Below are positions 1 to 12,047 of a stretch of DNA of 64,000 nucleotides, in pieces (positions within the stretch are counted from its first letter, which is position 1; every line of letters begins with the position of its first letter). The stretch covers positions 16,916,213-16,980,212 of the forward strand of contig OZ234493.1 of NCBI GenBank assembly GCA_965153455.1, written 5' to 3'. This DNA comes from Sphagnum compactum (taxonomy: Eukaryota). The notes under the pieces were generated by a model. The model was given only the letters and a program-made list of their open reading frames with translations. It searched no databases and was not told where the DNA came from. The translations under genes and the position numbers were made by a program.

Positions 1-3000
1 GATAAGTCCCATAGCATAACCTAAAACACTATGGTTTGGGAAATATCATTATGAGAAAACAAAACAAATTACCTTCCTTCATGGATAGATAACGTAACAT
101 CTATTGTTGGCCACAAGTGTGAACACACTCAACTCATTTTCCTTTCTAATCCCAATTTTTTGTAATTTGTTTGAATTTTTGACAACAAAATTCATTCAAA
201 ATTCAATATCATCCACACCTTAAGTATGAAAATTATGAAATAAACTTCATTAAAATTGATTCGGCAACTATTTCCCAACAACACCATGTACACCTTTGGA
301 TTCGAATACAATTTTTATTTATGATTTTATTAATGTTTACTAAGAAAATGGTTCAATAATCAATAGCCTTTGCATCAACGCACCCCTACTCATTGTTAGG
401 TTTTCAAATACATCAATAGCATTGCATGAAGCAATTTCAACATGATAAAACAAAACAAGATTAAGTAACTACATTCATAAATAGATTACATTACATGTTT
501 TTTTCTTGTATCAAATGCATGGTTATTTATGATGCAATTTTTTTTGTGCATATAAATAATAAAATTTGATTTTAAAATAAAATTTAAGAAAAATTTGAAC
601 TATAAGTTTGTAATAATGTGCATGTTCAATACACTTAACTATTATTTATACGTAGACTGAATTTAAGTTTACAACATATCAAATAATGATACATAATCAA
701 TACTTCTATGGAACTTTAATGTTTATTCATTTTTATTCAGATGATATTTGAATATTTTCTTTAAATTGTAATAAAATTTCATTAAATATTAAACTACATG
801 TAAATTATATTTGTGTAAATGAATGGTTATGTATGATGCAAATATTATTTGTGCATATAAATATTAAATTTAATTTCAAAGTAAAATTTAAAGAAAATCT
901 GAAATTTGAGTTTGTAATAATGTATGTTCAATATATGTAATTTATTATTTATTTTTATTCAAATCCTAGTATACAACAAATAAACTAATTATGCATAACT
1001 AATAATTTTGTGGAACCTTAATGTTTATTCAGTTTTATACATATAATGATGTCTTGATATATATTTTAGATTACAATAAAAAGTCATTCATTATTAATAT
1101 ACATGTAAACGTTTCTCTATACGTGAATGGTTCATTGGTTATGTATGATGGATTTTTTTTGGTGTGTAAAAATATTACACTTTAATTTGAAAATAAAATT
1201 TAAGGAAATTTTGAAATATAATTCAACTTAATAATGTTTATGTTCAATACATGCATAATTTAGTTTACAACAAATGCTTTTTGGAATAGGTTGAATACAT
1301 TTGTAATTATTATTTCCATGTAGATTAATTTTAGTTTGCAACACATCATGTAATGATACATAATTAATATTTTTTAGAAATTTATTTTTTATTCTAGTTT
1401 TGGCTATTAGTTCCAATAAGTTTTTCATTTTTCCATTTTATTATCAATATTTTATTATTTACTTAGTTATTTATGATTAAATTATAATAATGATTGGAAT
1501 AATTAGCAATATATATTTAGTCAATTATCATATAATTTTAGAGATTCTTTTCATTTAACATTACTATACTTTGAGATATATTTTTTATATATATTTCTTA
1601 TTTAATAGCTATTATACTAGTTCATAAAAGTTCCAACAAGTTAGATAAAAATATGAATAATAATAATTAAATAACTAGCCTAGCCTAACTACTCGCTACA
1701 ATTATTAATAATGTTTTTGTTGTATTTATAGCCAACTATTAATTGTCACAATATTTTAATAACTAATTTGATAAAAATATCATTTAAATTTGATTATTGA
1801 TTATTTAAATTTTAGTGAATTCATTGTTTTATGAAATGTTAATAAAAAGTTATAAGGGGTTTGGAATTTTTAAAAATTTCAGTAATCACTATTAATTAAT
1901 TAGTTAATAGATAATTACATTTAATTTCTGGTTTTCTTTAAAATTAACTAATCACCATATTATTTAATAAATGACGATAATATGTTAATTGTTTAAATCA
2001 TACAATTATACTATTAAAATATTTGATAAATAATTATTTATAAGTAATTAAGGTAAGTAGCTAAACTTAGGTTAGGTATATTATTAGTTTAGGTCTAGGC
2101 CTAACTAAATTTAAACTAACTTATACAACTAGACTACAACTAAAATTTTCATCCCATATTGTTTGGCTTCCATTCCATGAATCCAAGTTATATAAATGAG
2201 TGCATTTCAGGAGTCCTTCCTCCCACTCGACCTGTATCAACAGGACCCCGTCAGCAATAAGGTTTTAGGGTATAAGGTTTATGGCTCATTGCCCTTTGTT
2301 CACTTCCAAGTTGTAAGAATAAATGTTGAGTTTCAGAGATGCAGTAGCTCCAAGTAATTTGATTGCATAAGGCAGACTATCCCCCTTTCAAGGCTACCTC
2401 CTCTTAGACTGGCACTGATACCAGTATCTCAAGGGTGGACCCTAAGGCTGCTCATCTCAAAAAATATGCCTAACCTACATACAGTTGGCAGTTCAGGTTC
2501 CCCTAGACCTTCACCAGTCTGTACCTTCTGTTAAAAAACACAATAAACATGAAAATGTAATAGCCATTTGGGATGAACCAATAAAAAAGGTTCAACCTTG
2601 AAGGTTAAACCAAATGAAATAAGATTTCATTTATTATTTGCCAAATGGCCTAGGTTTAGGCCTAACATAGGTGCCTAGGTCTAGCCCTAACTTAAGCCTA
2701 AATTAAATGGCCTATGTTTAAGTTTAGCCTAAATGCCTAGGTTTCGACCTAATCTATGCTCATGCACCATATGGCCTAGCTTATTGATGTGGATGTGCCA
2801 CGTGTCATTTAATTATTTGTTGACCCCAAACTTTGTGAACATGCCACGTGCTATTTTACTATTTGTTGACCTCAAACTTTATGAGCATGCCACGTGTCAT
2901 TTAACTATTTGTTGACCCCAAAATTTGTGAATGTGCCATGTATCAACATTGTGACTATGTCACGCGTCACCAACCATCTGGCCAAATGTTCAACTTACAT

Positions 3001-3352
3001 AGTTGCAACCTAATTGAAATTGTAATTATATTTTTGGGTGACATCATGCTTAGTCGATGGACGAAGTTCATCCACTAATTGAATCTAGTTGACAACATCC
3101 CTTGACTAGATTAGTAGAACAATTTTCAACTAAATTGGCAAGTAGTGACATGTAATGGTTATTGTTGTGGTGTTGACATGTGGCATACACTTTTGACTGT
3201 AATTTCATTCTTAACTTGTACTTGTCAACATTACGAGTTAATAGTTGCAAAAAATATTTCCAAGTCGCAAAAAACAACTTGCAACTATATTTGTAGTTTT
3301 CAACTTGGTTTGTAGTTGAACACTATTTGAAAACATAGTTGCAAAAGCAGGT

Positions 3353-3366
3353 GTTTTCTACTAATG
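3353..3366 (-). mobile_element. Probable CACTA terminal inverted repeat (one end only; paralog 53816-53829)
   Basis: GTTTTCTACTAATG / GTTTTCTACTAGTA approximates the reverse complement of CACTAGTAGAAAAC, preceded by many GTTGCAA subterminal motifs; matching other end not found. Confidence 0.45.
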
Positions 3367-4186
3367 TTTTAGTTTTACGGGGACTAGCACAATTGGTATC
3401 TGTAGATAATTATTGTGGTGTTTACAATCTTATAGATGTGGATGCATTGTTGCACTCACATCCACAATTCAACCTCTTGGGGTTGAATATCTATTTTGCG
3501 GAGTCAAAATCAGACTTTTAAGAAAATTTTCCTTCAAAATTAGAATCCGTATTTCCAAAATTTGAACTTTCCAACATTGTGGTTCTCTTCTTTTTTAATT
3601 ATATTTTGTTGACATGGAGGTGCAAATATAATATTTAAAGGATATAATTGTAAGTTCCATAATGTAATGTAGCAATGGCCCATTTGTATCATAACCTCTA
3701 ACATTTGTTGGTATGTGGTTGGATAGTGGGTCAAGTGGCATCCAAGGGGTACAATACAAGTAGTAAGAACTGAGGATTTCACAACTTGACTTTGGAATGT
3801 TAAAATTGCTTATTGTAAGGCAGTACTACATTAGGCCATGGTGGGTCAATCACTTGCAAAGATTTTACTTCTAATGGTACCTTATGTTTTCCTTCAAAAA
3901 CATAGAAAGAAAAAAAGACACAAAAACACTTATTTGAAAGCATTTGATAATCCTATGTATACTATTATGAAAATTCAAGTGTTGAAGTATTGACACAATT
4001 TGAACATAGTCCATAGACAATGGGAACAATTATAAACAAGGCTTCACATAGAAACACTCATAGCACACTTAAACAAGCTCCTTGATCAAGTTGAACGCAT
4101 TAGCACTAAGATTTGTGTGAATTTGCATTTATATCCATACATGCCTACAAAATGAAGAATTGTTCATGCATTAGGTTAATTTGAAT

Positions 4187-5676
4187 TCATAATTCATTGC
4201 ACACAAAAAGATCAAATCTAATTTCCTTGAGACGCCTACAAATAATTGAGAATTTTGGGCGTTCATGTGGATTAGGTGCCCAACACTCCTTGATCAAGGA
4301 GAGTAATTGTGCAAGGTCACTATTGTTGGAAGGCAAAGATGGCCTTTCATGTTGCGGGGAACTAATTCTTTCAAGCACTCTTACCGGGGGGTTACCAAAA
4401 GGGTGCAAATTTCCAGATAAAATTTGTGAACACATGATTCCAAAGCTATAAACATCAGCCTTTCGTGCGGAATAATTTTCCCCAAAAGCCTCTGGGGCCC
4501 TCCATGAAGCTGCTCCACAAATCTGGGACTGCAACATTGATGCAGAAGTATTGACCTTTGTCTTTGCCAAACCAAAATCTGCCAACTTCACCTCGGCATA
4601 CCCATCTGCAAATAACTCAGGGTTTGTGTTGGGACAAACTAAGATGTTATTAGGTTTGAGGTCACGATGTACAACATCTCGTCCATGCAAATATTCCATA
4701 CCTAAAGCAATTTGTAACATAATGTCAATGGCTGCTTGAGGTGTGAATGGATAACGGCGTGAAACCTTTCGTTCCTTGATGTGCCTTTCTAGATTTGTGG
4801 GCATGAGCTCCATCAAAATTGAACACTTGGTAGAATCTTGATGGCAACATATCAATTGCACAATATGTGGATGGTTCAGGTTAGCCATGATTCCAACTTC
4901 ATTTGCAAAATCACGCTTTTGATCCTCATTATCAAAAGGATTAAAGGATTTTTTAGCACAAACCATCCCAAACCATGTGCATTCAGAAACTGCTCCAAAT
5001 GTGCCTAGCCCCAAAAAGTTTCCTGGCTGTGTTTCCAAATCGGTGGTCCAAAGAAACCATGGAAGTGGACCATCTTGTGGGTTGTTGGCACTCATAACAT
5101 TTTGAACCTTTTTCTGGAAATAATCTGCAAGCTTGATTTTTGTTCTTGTTTTCGAATCACCAGTAAGTCCATTCATTGGTTGATGTTGAAGCTCCGCAAT
5201 GTGTGCATTCCAAAACTGTTCATTATTACTTAGATCTTGCCTTTTGAGTTGTTCAAATCTCAAATGAACAAATTCCCATGTACAATCTTCATCCTTCTTT
5301 AACAACCTTGTGCACCATTGCCAATCAACAACAATAGCAACAAATGCATGTACATTGTTCATTTGTGCCAATAATGATTTGAGTTTCCTTGACACATCAC
5401 TGCACTCTTGCACAATCAAGTCTGCTTTCTTCACGATGCGAAACAACTCTTTATATATTGGTGTTGCCCAAGTCTTGTCCATGAGATAAGATTTGTCGGC
5501 CAATATTGTGTCCACCATGCACTTGCACTGTAAGACATTCACATGTAGTTTTGAATTTTGGTTCGATGCTCGATCATCCAAGTCATGTATGGCGGTTAAA
5601 ATCTTTTCTTTGAGAACTTCTATGTTGGCAAAGTTCAATGAAGTTGTTCTGAAGGTGACCTCAATGTCATTGGGAC
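4187..5676 (-). CDS. Terminal exon: MLKL/DUF1221-like helical (4HB/HeLo-like) domain plus TKL-type Ser/Thr protein kinase, copy A
   Basis: ORF 4187-5734 has GLGTFG, CAKK, HRDLKPNN, DFG, APE, DVYSFG and CW..P..RP.F. The N-terminal VNVLQC...KELFRIVKKADLIVQEC resembles the INQRQC...RELYRVFKEGE..V..C pattern of plant MLKL/DUF1221 kinases. Acceptor TTGTAG|GT at 5677/5676 suggests the first 19 ORF codons are intronic. Confidence 0.9.
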
Positions 5677-6755
5677 CTACAAGAACACAATTCAAAATAT
5701 ATGAAAGATGTAATGTCACATCTATGTGAAACATGCATCACAATTATGCTTAGTTCAACAATGTAATTTAGGGTGTGACTACGCATCTAAAAGCCAAAAA
5801 CCATGTTGGATAATGGTGAAAACTATGAATTTTTTCAGATATGTTTTTTTCTTGACATTTTAAAGATATTTTAATCATTCAAAATTGTGTTAAATGACTA
5901 ATAACAATATTCAGGAATTCAAATTAAAAATTCATTAAATTAAATTTTGTGTTTTGGGTTTAGTAAATGACGTTTGAACTTGAGCTAGTGCTATGTCAGA
6001 TTATGGTTAATTTTACAAAGGATTATAAGAAAGACTATTTTTATAAAATAATTTTGATGGCAATTGTTTTTTAATGATAATAAGCTACTACTCACATTTT
6101 TAAAAAATCACAATTTGAAAGATATGGAATTTGAAATTCAAAGTATTTTTAAAATTTTTAATTTGCAAAAGTCCTTTACCACATGTAAATGGGGTGTAAT
6201 GTGCATGACATACAAAACAAAGTTGTAGTTTATGATAAAAGAAACAAAAACCTAAAGTAGTTAACATATTTTGGTATGATTCAAAATTATGATAAATTTT
6301 CAAAATGAAATGCAAAATCTGGCAAAATCTACACACTTTGAAATTTTCATATTTAGTCAAAAATGAATAACAAAAAAAATTTGATCTATTGGGATAACTA
6401 TATGTATTTTTAATAACAAGTTGAAAAATATTTCATTCAAAAAATATTTCATATGAAAAAGTGATAAAAAAACAAAAAGGATTCATAGTCCTTTTGTAAC
6501 GTTATCACGTTGGCTCCTTTGTGTGTACTCACACCCTTCAACAAACTTTTGCATGTGCTAGACTTGTATGTTAGCCCCTAACAACTTGTGTGTGTTTGTG
6601 AAGTCCTCCTTAGTGAAGGAATGACAAAAACAAAATCTACTAATTATGATCCATGACTATCATTTTTACTATTTTATTTTGTATCATCTTCATTTGTGTT
6701 ATTTCATGCATGGACCATGAACATGAAACTTGCAACAAGAGTGTAGGTAGAATAC

Positions 6756-6908
6756 CTTTTAACTTAAAATGATAACCATTTGAAGCATCTTCTAGTGTAG
6801 ACTCATCACCATCCAAAGCATCCTCTAACTCAAAGTGCATGTCTTCCACCTCCTCCTCTGTCGTGCAACTCAAGTAACAATTTGAACTTTCATTGACACC
6901 ATCATTCT
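6756..6908 (-). CDS. Predicted internal exon encoding an acidic 51-aa linker, copy A
   Basis: 153 bp, phase 1 at both ends (TAG| ... AAAG|GTATTC), CTAAC branch-like motif upstream, reads ENDGVNESSNCYLSCTTEEEVEDMHFELEDALDGDESTLEDASNGYHFKLK; same length and open frame in the paralog. Acceptor context is purine-rich, so it is weak. Confidence 0.6.
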
Positions 6909-7103
6909 CTACTCCATTTCATGCACATAATAGAAATGTTAGGATCCAAATATGACATATTTAAACAAAAATGACCACAATACCAACCGATGGCATAAAC
7001 CAAGGCATTTGTTATAAGAACAAATGCTTAAGCGAAAATCTCACAGACGTTGAAGGCATCCTTCATTATTACTTTGAAGGACGAAAAATGATTATAGAAT
7101 CAC

Positions 7104-9513
7104 CTGTCATGAGAAGATTTTTAAAGGCACTCGGTTGACTGCAAATTGATGAGAAATTTGGCGTGTTACTTGCCTCCACATCCCAACACTGCTCTATCAA
7201 AAACGAATTTTGAATATGAACATCAACCTTGTCAAGGTCCTCAAAGGCTCTAAGATAATCCTCCAAGTCCTTTTTGACATCTCCACGAATCCTCAAAGTG
7301 GATGCATTGTTTGGTTCAAGAACATCAACCTTGTCAAGGTCCTCCAAGGCTCCAGCATAATCCTCCAAGTTTTTTTTTACATCTCCACGAATCATCAAAG
7401 TGAAGGCATTGTTTGGCTCAAGAACATCAGCCTTGTTAAGGTCCTCTAAGGCTCCAACATAGTCCTCCAAGTTCAATTTGACATTTCCACGAGTCCTTAA
7501 AGTGAAGGCATTGTTTGGTTCAAGAACATCAGCCTTGTTAAGGTCCTCCAAGGCTCCAACATAATCTTGCAAGTTCCTTTTGACATCTCCATGAATCCTC
7601 AAAATGAAAGCATTGTTTGGTTCAAGAACATCAGCTTTGTCAAGGTCCTCCAAGGCTCCAACATAGTCCTCCAAGTTCAATTTGACATTTCCACGAGTCC
7701 TCAAAATGAAGGCATTGTTTGGTACAAGAAAATCAGCCGTGTTAAGGTCCTCCAAGGCTACAACATAGTCCTTCAACATATATTTGACATTTCCACGAAT
7801 CATCAAAGTGAAAGCACTGTTTGGGTCAAGAACATTAGCCTTGTCAAGGTCCTCTAAGGCTCCAACATAATCCTCCAAGTTCCTTTTAACATCTCCACGA
7901 ATCATCAAAGTGGATGGATTGTTTGGTTCAAGAACATCAACCTTGTCAAGGTCCTCCAAGGTTCCAACATAGTCTTTCAACATATATTTGACATTTCCAC
8001 GAGTCTTCAAAATGAAAGCATTGTTTGGTTCAAGAACATTAGCCTTGTTAAGGTCCTCCAAGGCTACAACATAGTCCTTCAACATACATTTGACATTTCC
8101 ACGAATCATCAAAATGAAGGCACTGTTTGGGTCAAGAACATCAGCATTGTTAAGGTCCTCCAAGGCTCCAACATAATCCTCCAAATTCCTTTTGACATCT
8201 CCACGAATCTTCAAAGTGAAGGCATTGTTTGGTTTAAGAACATCAGCCTTGTCAAGGTCCTCCAAGGCTCCAACATAGTCCTCCAAGTTCAATTTGACAT
8301 TTCCCCAAGTCCTCAAAATGAAGGCATTGTTTGGTTCAAGAACATCAGCTTTGTCAAGGTCCTTCAAGGCTACAACATAGTCTTTTAACATACATTTGAC
8401 ATTTCCACGAATCATCAAAATGAAGGCATTGTTTGGGTCAAGAACATCAGCCTTGTCAAGGTCTTCCAAGGCTCCAACATAGTCCTCCAAGTTCCTTTTG
8501 ACATCTCCACGAATCATCAAAGTGAAAGCATTGTTTGGGTCAAGAACATCAGCCTTGTCAAGGTCCTTTAAGGCTCTAACATAATCCTGCAAGTTCCTTT
8601 TGACATCTCCACAAATCATGAAAGTGAAGGCATCGTTTAGTTCAAGAACATCAGCTTTGTCAAGGTCCTCCAAGGCTCCAACATAATCATGCAAGTTCCT
8701 TTTGACATCTCCACGAATGCTCAAAGTGAAGGGATTGTTTGGTTTAAGAATATCAGCTTTGTCAAGGTCCTCCAAGGCTCCAACATAATCCTCCAAGTTC
8801 CTTTTGACATCTCCACGAATCATCAAAGTGAAAGCATTATTTGGTTCAAGAACATCAGCCTTGTCAAGCTCCTCCAAGGCCCCAACATAGTCCTCCAAGT
8901 TCCTTTTGACATCTCCATGAATCCTAAAAGTGAAGGCATTGTTTGGTTCAAGAACATCAGCGTTGTCAAGGTCTTCCAAGGCTCCAACATAATCCTCCAA
9001 GTTCAATTTGACATTTCCACGAGTCCTCAACGTGAAAGCATTGTTTGGTTCAAAACCATCAGCCTTGTCAAGGTCCTCCAAGGCTCCAACATAGTCTTGC
9101 AAGTTCCTTTTGACATCTCCACAAATCATCAAAGTGAAGGCATTATTTGGTTCAAGAACATCAGCATTGTCAAGGTCCTCCAAGGCTCCAACATAGTCCT
9201 CCAAGTTCCTTTTGACATCTCCACGAATCCTCAAAGTGGAAGCATTGTTTGGTTCAAGAGCATCAGCCTTGTCAAGGTCCTCCAAGGCTCCAACATAGTC
9301 CTTCAACATATATTTGACATTTCCACGAATCATCAAATTGAAGGCATTATTTGGGTCAAGATCATCAGCCTTGTCAAGGTCCTCCAAAGCTCCAACATAA
9401 TCTTGCAAGTTCCATTTGACATCCCCATGAATCATCAAAGTGGATGCATTCTTTGGTTCAAGAATGTCAACCTTGTTAAGACTATCCAAGGCCCCTTGAT
9501 AGTCCTTCAACAT
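7104..9513 (-). CDS. TPR array exon (23 x 34-aa repeats) ending in a kinase subdomain XI-like remnant, copy A
   Basis: ORF 7069-9540, first ATG at 9513; repeat consensus AFTLMIRGDVKRNLEDYVGALEDLDKADVLEPNN fits TPR positions G8, Y17, A20, A27, P32; donor ACAG|GTGATT at 7104/7103. True start uncertain. Confidence 0.88.
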
Positions 9514-9725
9514 CTCTTTGAGTCTTTCACGAATCTTCAAAGTGAATGCATTGTTTGGTTCAAAAACATCAACGTTATCAAGGTCCTTCGAAGCTCCAAA
9601 GCTCCTTGATAGTCTTTCAACATCTATTTCACATTTCCACGTGTGTTATTTAAATGACTCCATTGTTTAATTCATGAACACTAGCCTTGTGAAGGTCCTC
9701 CATGGCTTTTTCGTAAGCCTTTCAT
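7205..9725 (-). repeat. 102-bp tandem repeat array (23 intact plus about 2 degenerate units)
   Basis: CCTTGTCAAGGTCCTCCAAGGCTCCAACATA recurs every 102 bp; units at 9541-9725 contain stops and frameshifts. Confidence 0.97.
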
Positions 9726-10016
9726 TTTTCAAAGACATGAAATAATGGAAATACAATATATATATACATAATTATCAATAGATTGAACATTGTGATAAAG
9801 AATTTTTTTGGGAATTTTCCACCAAGCCTATGTCATCTTACTTTCATATAGATTTGAAATGTAATCGTTATTTGCACAATGATTGGTATACATAATTCTT
9901 ATCCTTGATGATTATTCCACCACTTGTTTTAAAAATGTGGTTTGTTAATAAACATCTCATTACATTATGCAATTTGTTCAATTTAGTAAATGTGAACTAA
10001 TGATGTGCATCTTAAT

Positions 10017-10243
10017 CATTTTTTTTTTTCAATTTCCTGATGAAGCTAGGGTGGCAAACACCCTTAGGCAAATTCTGATTTAACTAAAAACACCATTTCA
10101 AAGAACTCTTAAAATTGTAACCAACAGGCATAAATGTAACAACACCTTCACCCAAAAAATATTTTAAAGTCATTTTTAAGCAAAAAAAACTTCCAAATAA
10201 AAGGAATTTGTAACAAAATAATTAGTATGCAAAAAATTGATTG
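10017..10243. mobile_element. hAT-type MITE (paralog 61828-62054)
   Basis: Short CA(A/T)T...ATTG termini with T-run/A-run; 8-bp flanks ATCTTAAT / ATCATAAT (7/8); similar layout to the element at 31009-31245. Confidence 0.6.
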
Positions 10244-11872
10244 ATCATAATTTTGTAGCATGTCTTATTATTGAAATTTTTCTTCCCATTCCCCTGTCAT
10301 GTAGCTTGAATGTATATAAAATCTATTTGGTCCAAACATAAATGGGCAAATGATTAATACAAAGAAAAAATTGTTGAATCATTTAGAACATGCACTAATG
10401 TAGTTAGTTCTTTTGTTGATATTCCATTTCAACATGATTTGAAGGACAAACTTAATCATTGCCGAACAATATTGGTGCACAATTCCATCACGTGCATAAT
10501 TACATGCATATGCACAAACCTTGTCCAACATTATTGTTGCCTTATTCCATCAGTTGAATGGAATTATTTCCTTGGCAAACATCATTATTGTAACATTTTA
10601 TTTATATGAAATTCATGACTTTTAACTGTTGTAAAACTACTTGGAGTAGCTAAATGATGCAAGTCCCACTTTTGTTTAAATGAAACTCTTTAATATAATC
10701 TCGTTTGAAACCTAAGAATATGGTGTTCATGTTTTAATTAATCACTACTTGAGTTTTGAAACAAACTCCATTCATCACATCCTTCATACCCTTGAATAAG
10801 AACACAAACTTAGTTTTGACGTTGCAAAACATATTAAATTCAAGATGATAAATGTTTGTGTGTGAAACACATACCTACAAGTTTTGAAAAGTTGCAAAAG
10901 AGGTGATGTTTGAATGACGCTGATAGTTTTTGTTATGCTTTTGTGTTGGTTGCTAGCCCAATGAAGTGGATGTGAGCATTGGGGCAATGAAGAAAAGCAC
11001 GAAGTTAACCCACCTGAATCAAAAATCATGGTAAGTGAACATTTGTGCAAATTTGAATCATTATACAATTGTTATTCGAGGTCAAATATTCATGACACTA
11101 TTAATGCTTTCAAGGACATGGAACCAAAGTTTTGGTGTTTGAGACATACCAGGTTTGACATTAAAGACGTGATGATATGTGAGAAGCATTCACACGTGGT
11201 GATTGGATGATGAACACTTTTCTTGTTGTTGCATTGAGCCACAAAGCCATATAAACATATGCGAGGAGATTGACGGCAATAGCACAACAAAGGAACCAAC
11301 CTTGATAAAAATTTGTAGCAAACTCCTGGATGCAAATTTGAGCCAAGGGTGACTTAGTCCATTGGATTCCTTGCATTTATGCCAGACTAGCGAACATCTT
11401 GGAAGGTGGTTCTGATTAGAGGTTGAGAGAAAGGATCCAAGTGGTCCTTCTAGGATGGTGGATACCATGTGCCATAATTTAGGCTGGTTAAAGTTTTCTG
11501 TGCTACCCGCTCAGAACTTTACTCAGGAATATATTATTGCAGCTGGATGCTTTTCTGTCTTTTCTCTTGTCGTCTTGTGCTTTCACATGGCTCACGATTG
11601 GAAGTCTCTAATAAAGTGATGCAATCCGTGGGTGCGTACTAGACCTGCAACTTCCTGTGACCACTGATTTTTTTGGCTATAAGACAATGGATGCAAGTGA
11701 TGGATTGCGCCGACCATGTGTCAGCAAAGAAAAGTGAGGCCCGTTCCAAGTCCTTTGTCAGAACTTTCCTCTTACCATATAAATCATATCAACTCTTTGC
11801 TTTGTGTAGCTTTTTCTCCCCTCGTTACCTGCTGGGAAACATTGTTCATAATTTCATTTCCCATAAAGTCAT

Positions 11873-11882
11873 GGCACGTGCC
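11873..11882. promoter_or_regulatory. G-box palindrome GGCACGTGCC upstream of the TPR-kinase gene (paralog 63672-63681)
   Basis: Perfect 10-bp palindrome with CACGTG core in both copies; function unverified. Confidence 0.3.
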
Positions 11883-12047
11883 CCATGTTGGTGCTTGGCC
11901 CCAAACTGGAGCATGTGTAGGTTTTAGACTTGAAAATCTTCCTGTGACCGGTGCTTTTCAGGCGTTACAGAATTGATGTATTTGGTCATTGTTTGATAAT
12001 GCACAGCCTGTGTCAGGAGATATAATTGGGATTGTTAGAGCTGGAAC

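Noticed and set aside
5677-5734. ATG at 5734 (and 56196) as the kinase start
   Set aside because: The first 19 codons look like a T-rich intron end with a TGTAG acceptor in compatible phase; a stand-alone start is not excluded but is less likely.
8689-9609. Long plus-strand repetitive ORFs (also 7210-7857, 57772-59278, 60293-60754)
   Set aside because: Antisense shadows of the 102-bp TPR repeats with no independent domain signal.
7205-9725. Regularly spaced repeats as a CRISPR array or non-coding satellite
   Set aside because: Units are contiguous 102-bp coding repeats with no unique spacers, in a eukaryotic context.
11190-11468. Upstream ORF as the N-terminal coding exon (paralog 62891-63283)
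   Set aside because: Start frame differs between copies, there is no recognisable domain, and splicing to the next exon-like segment hits a stop.
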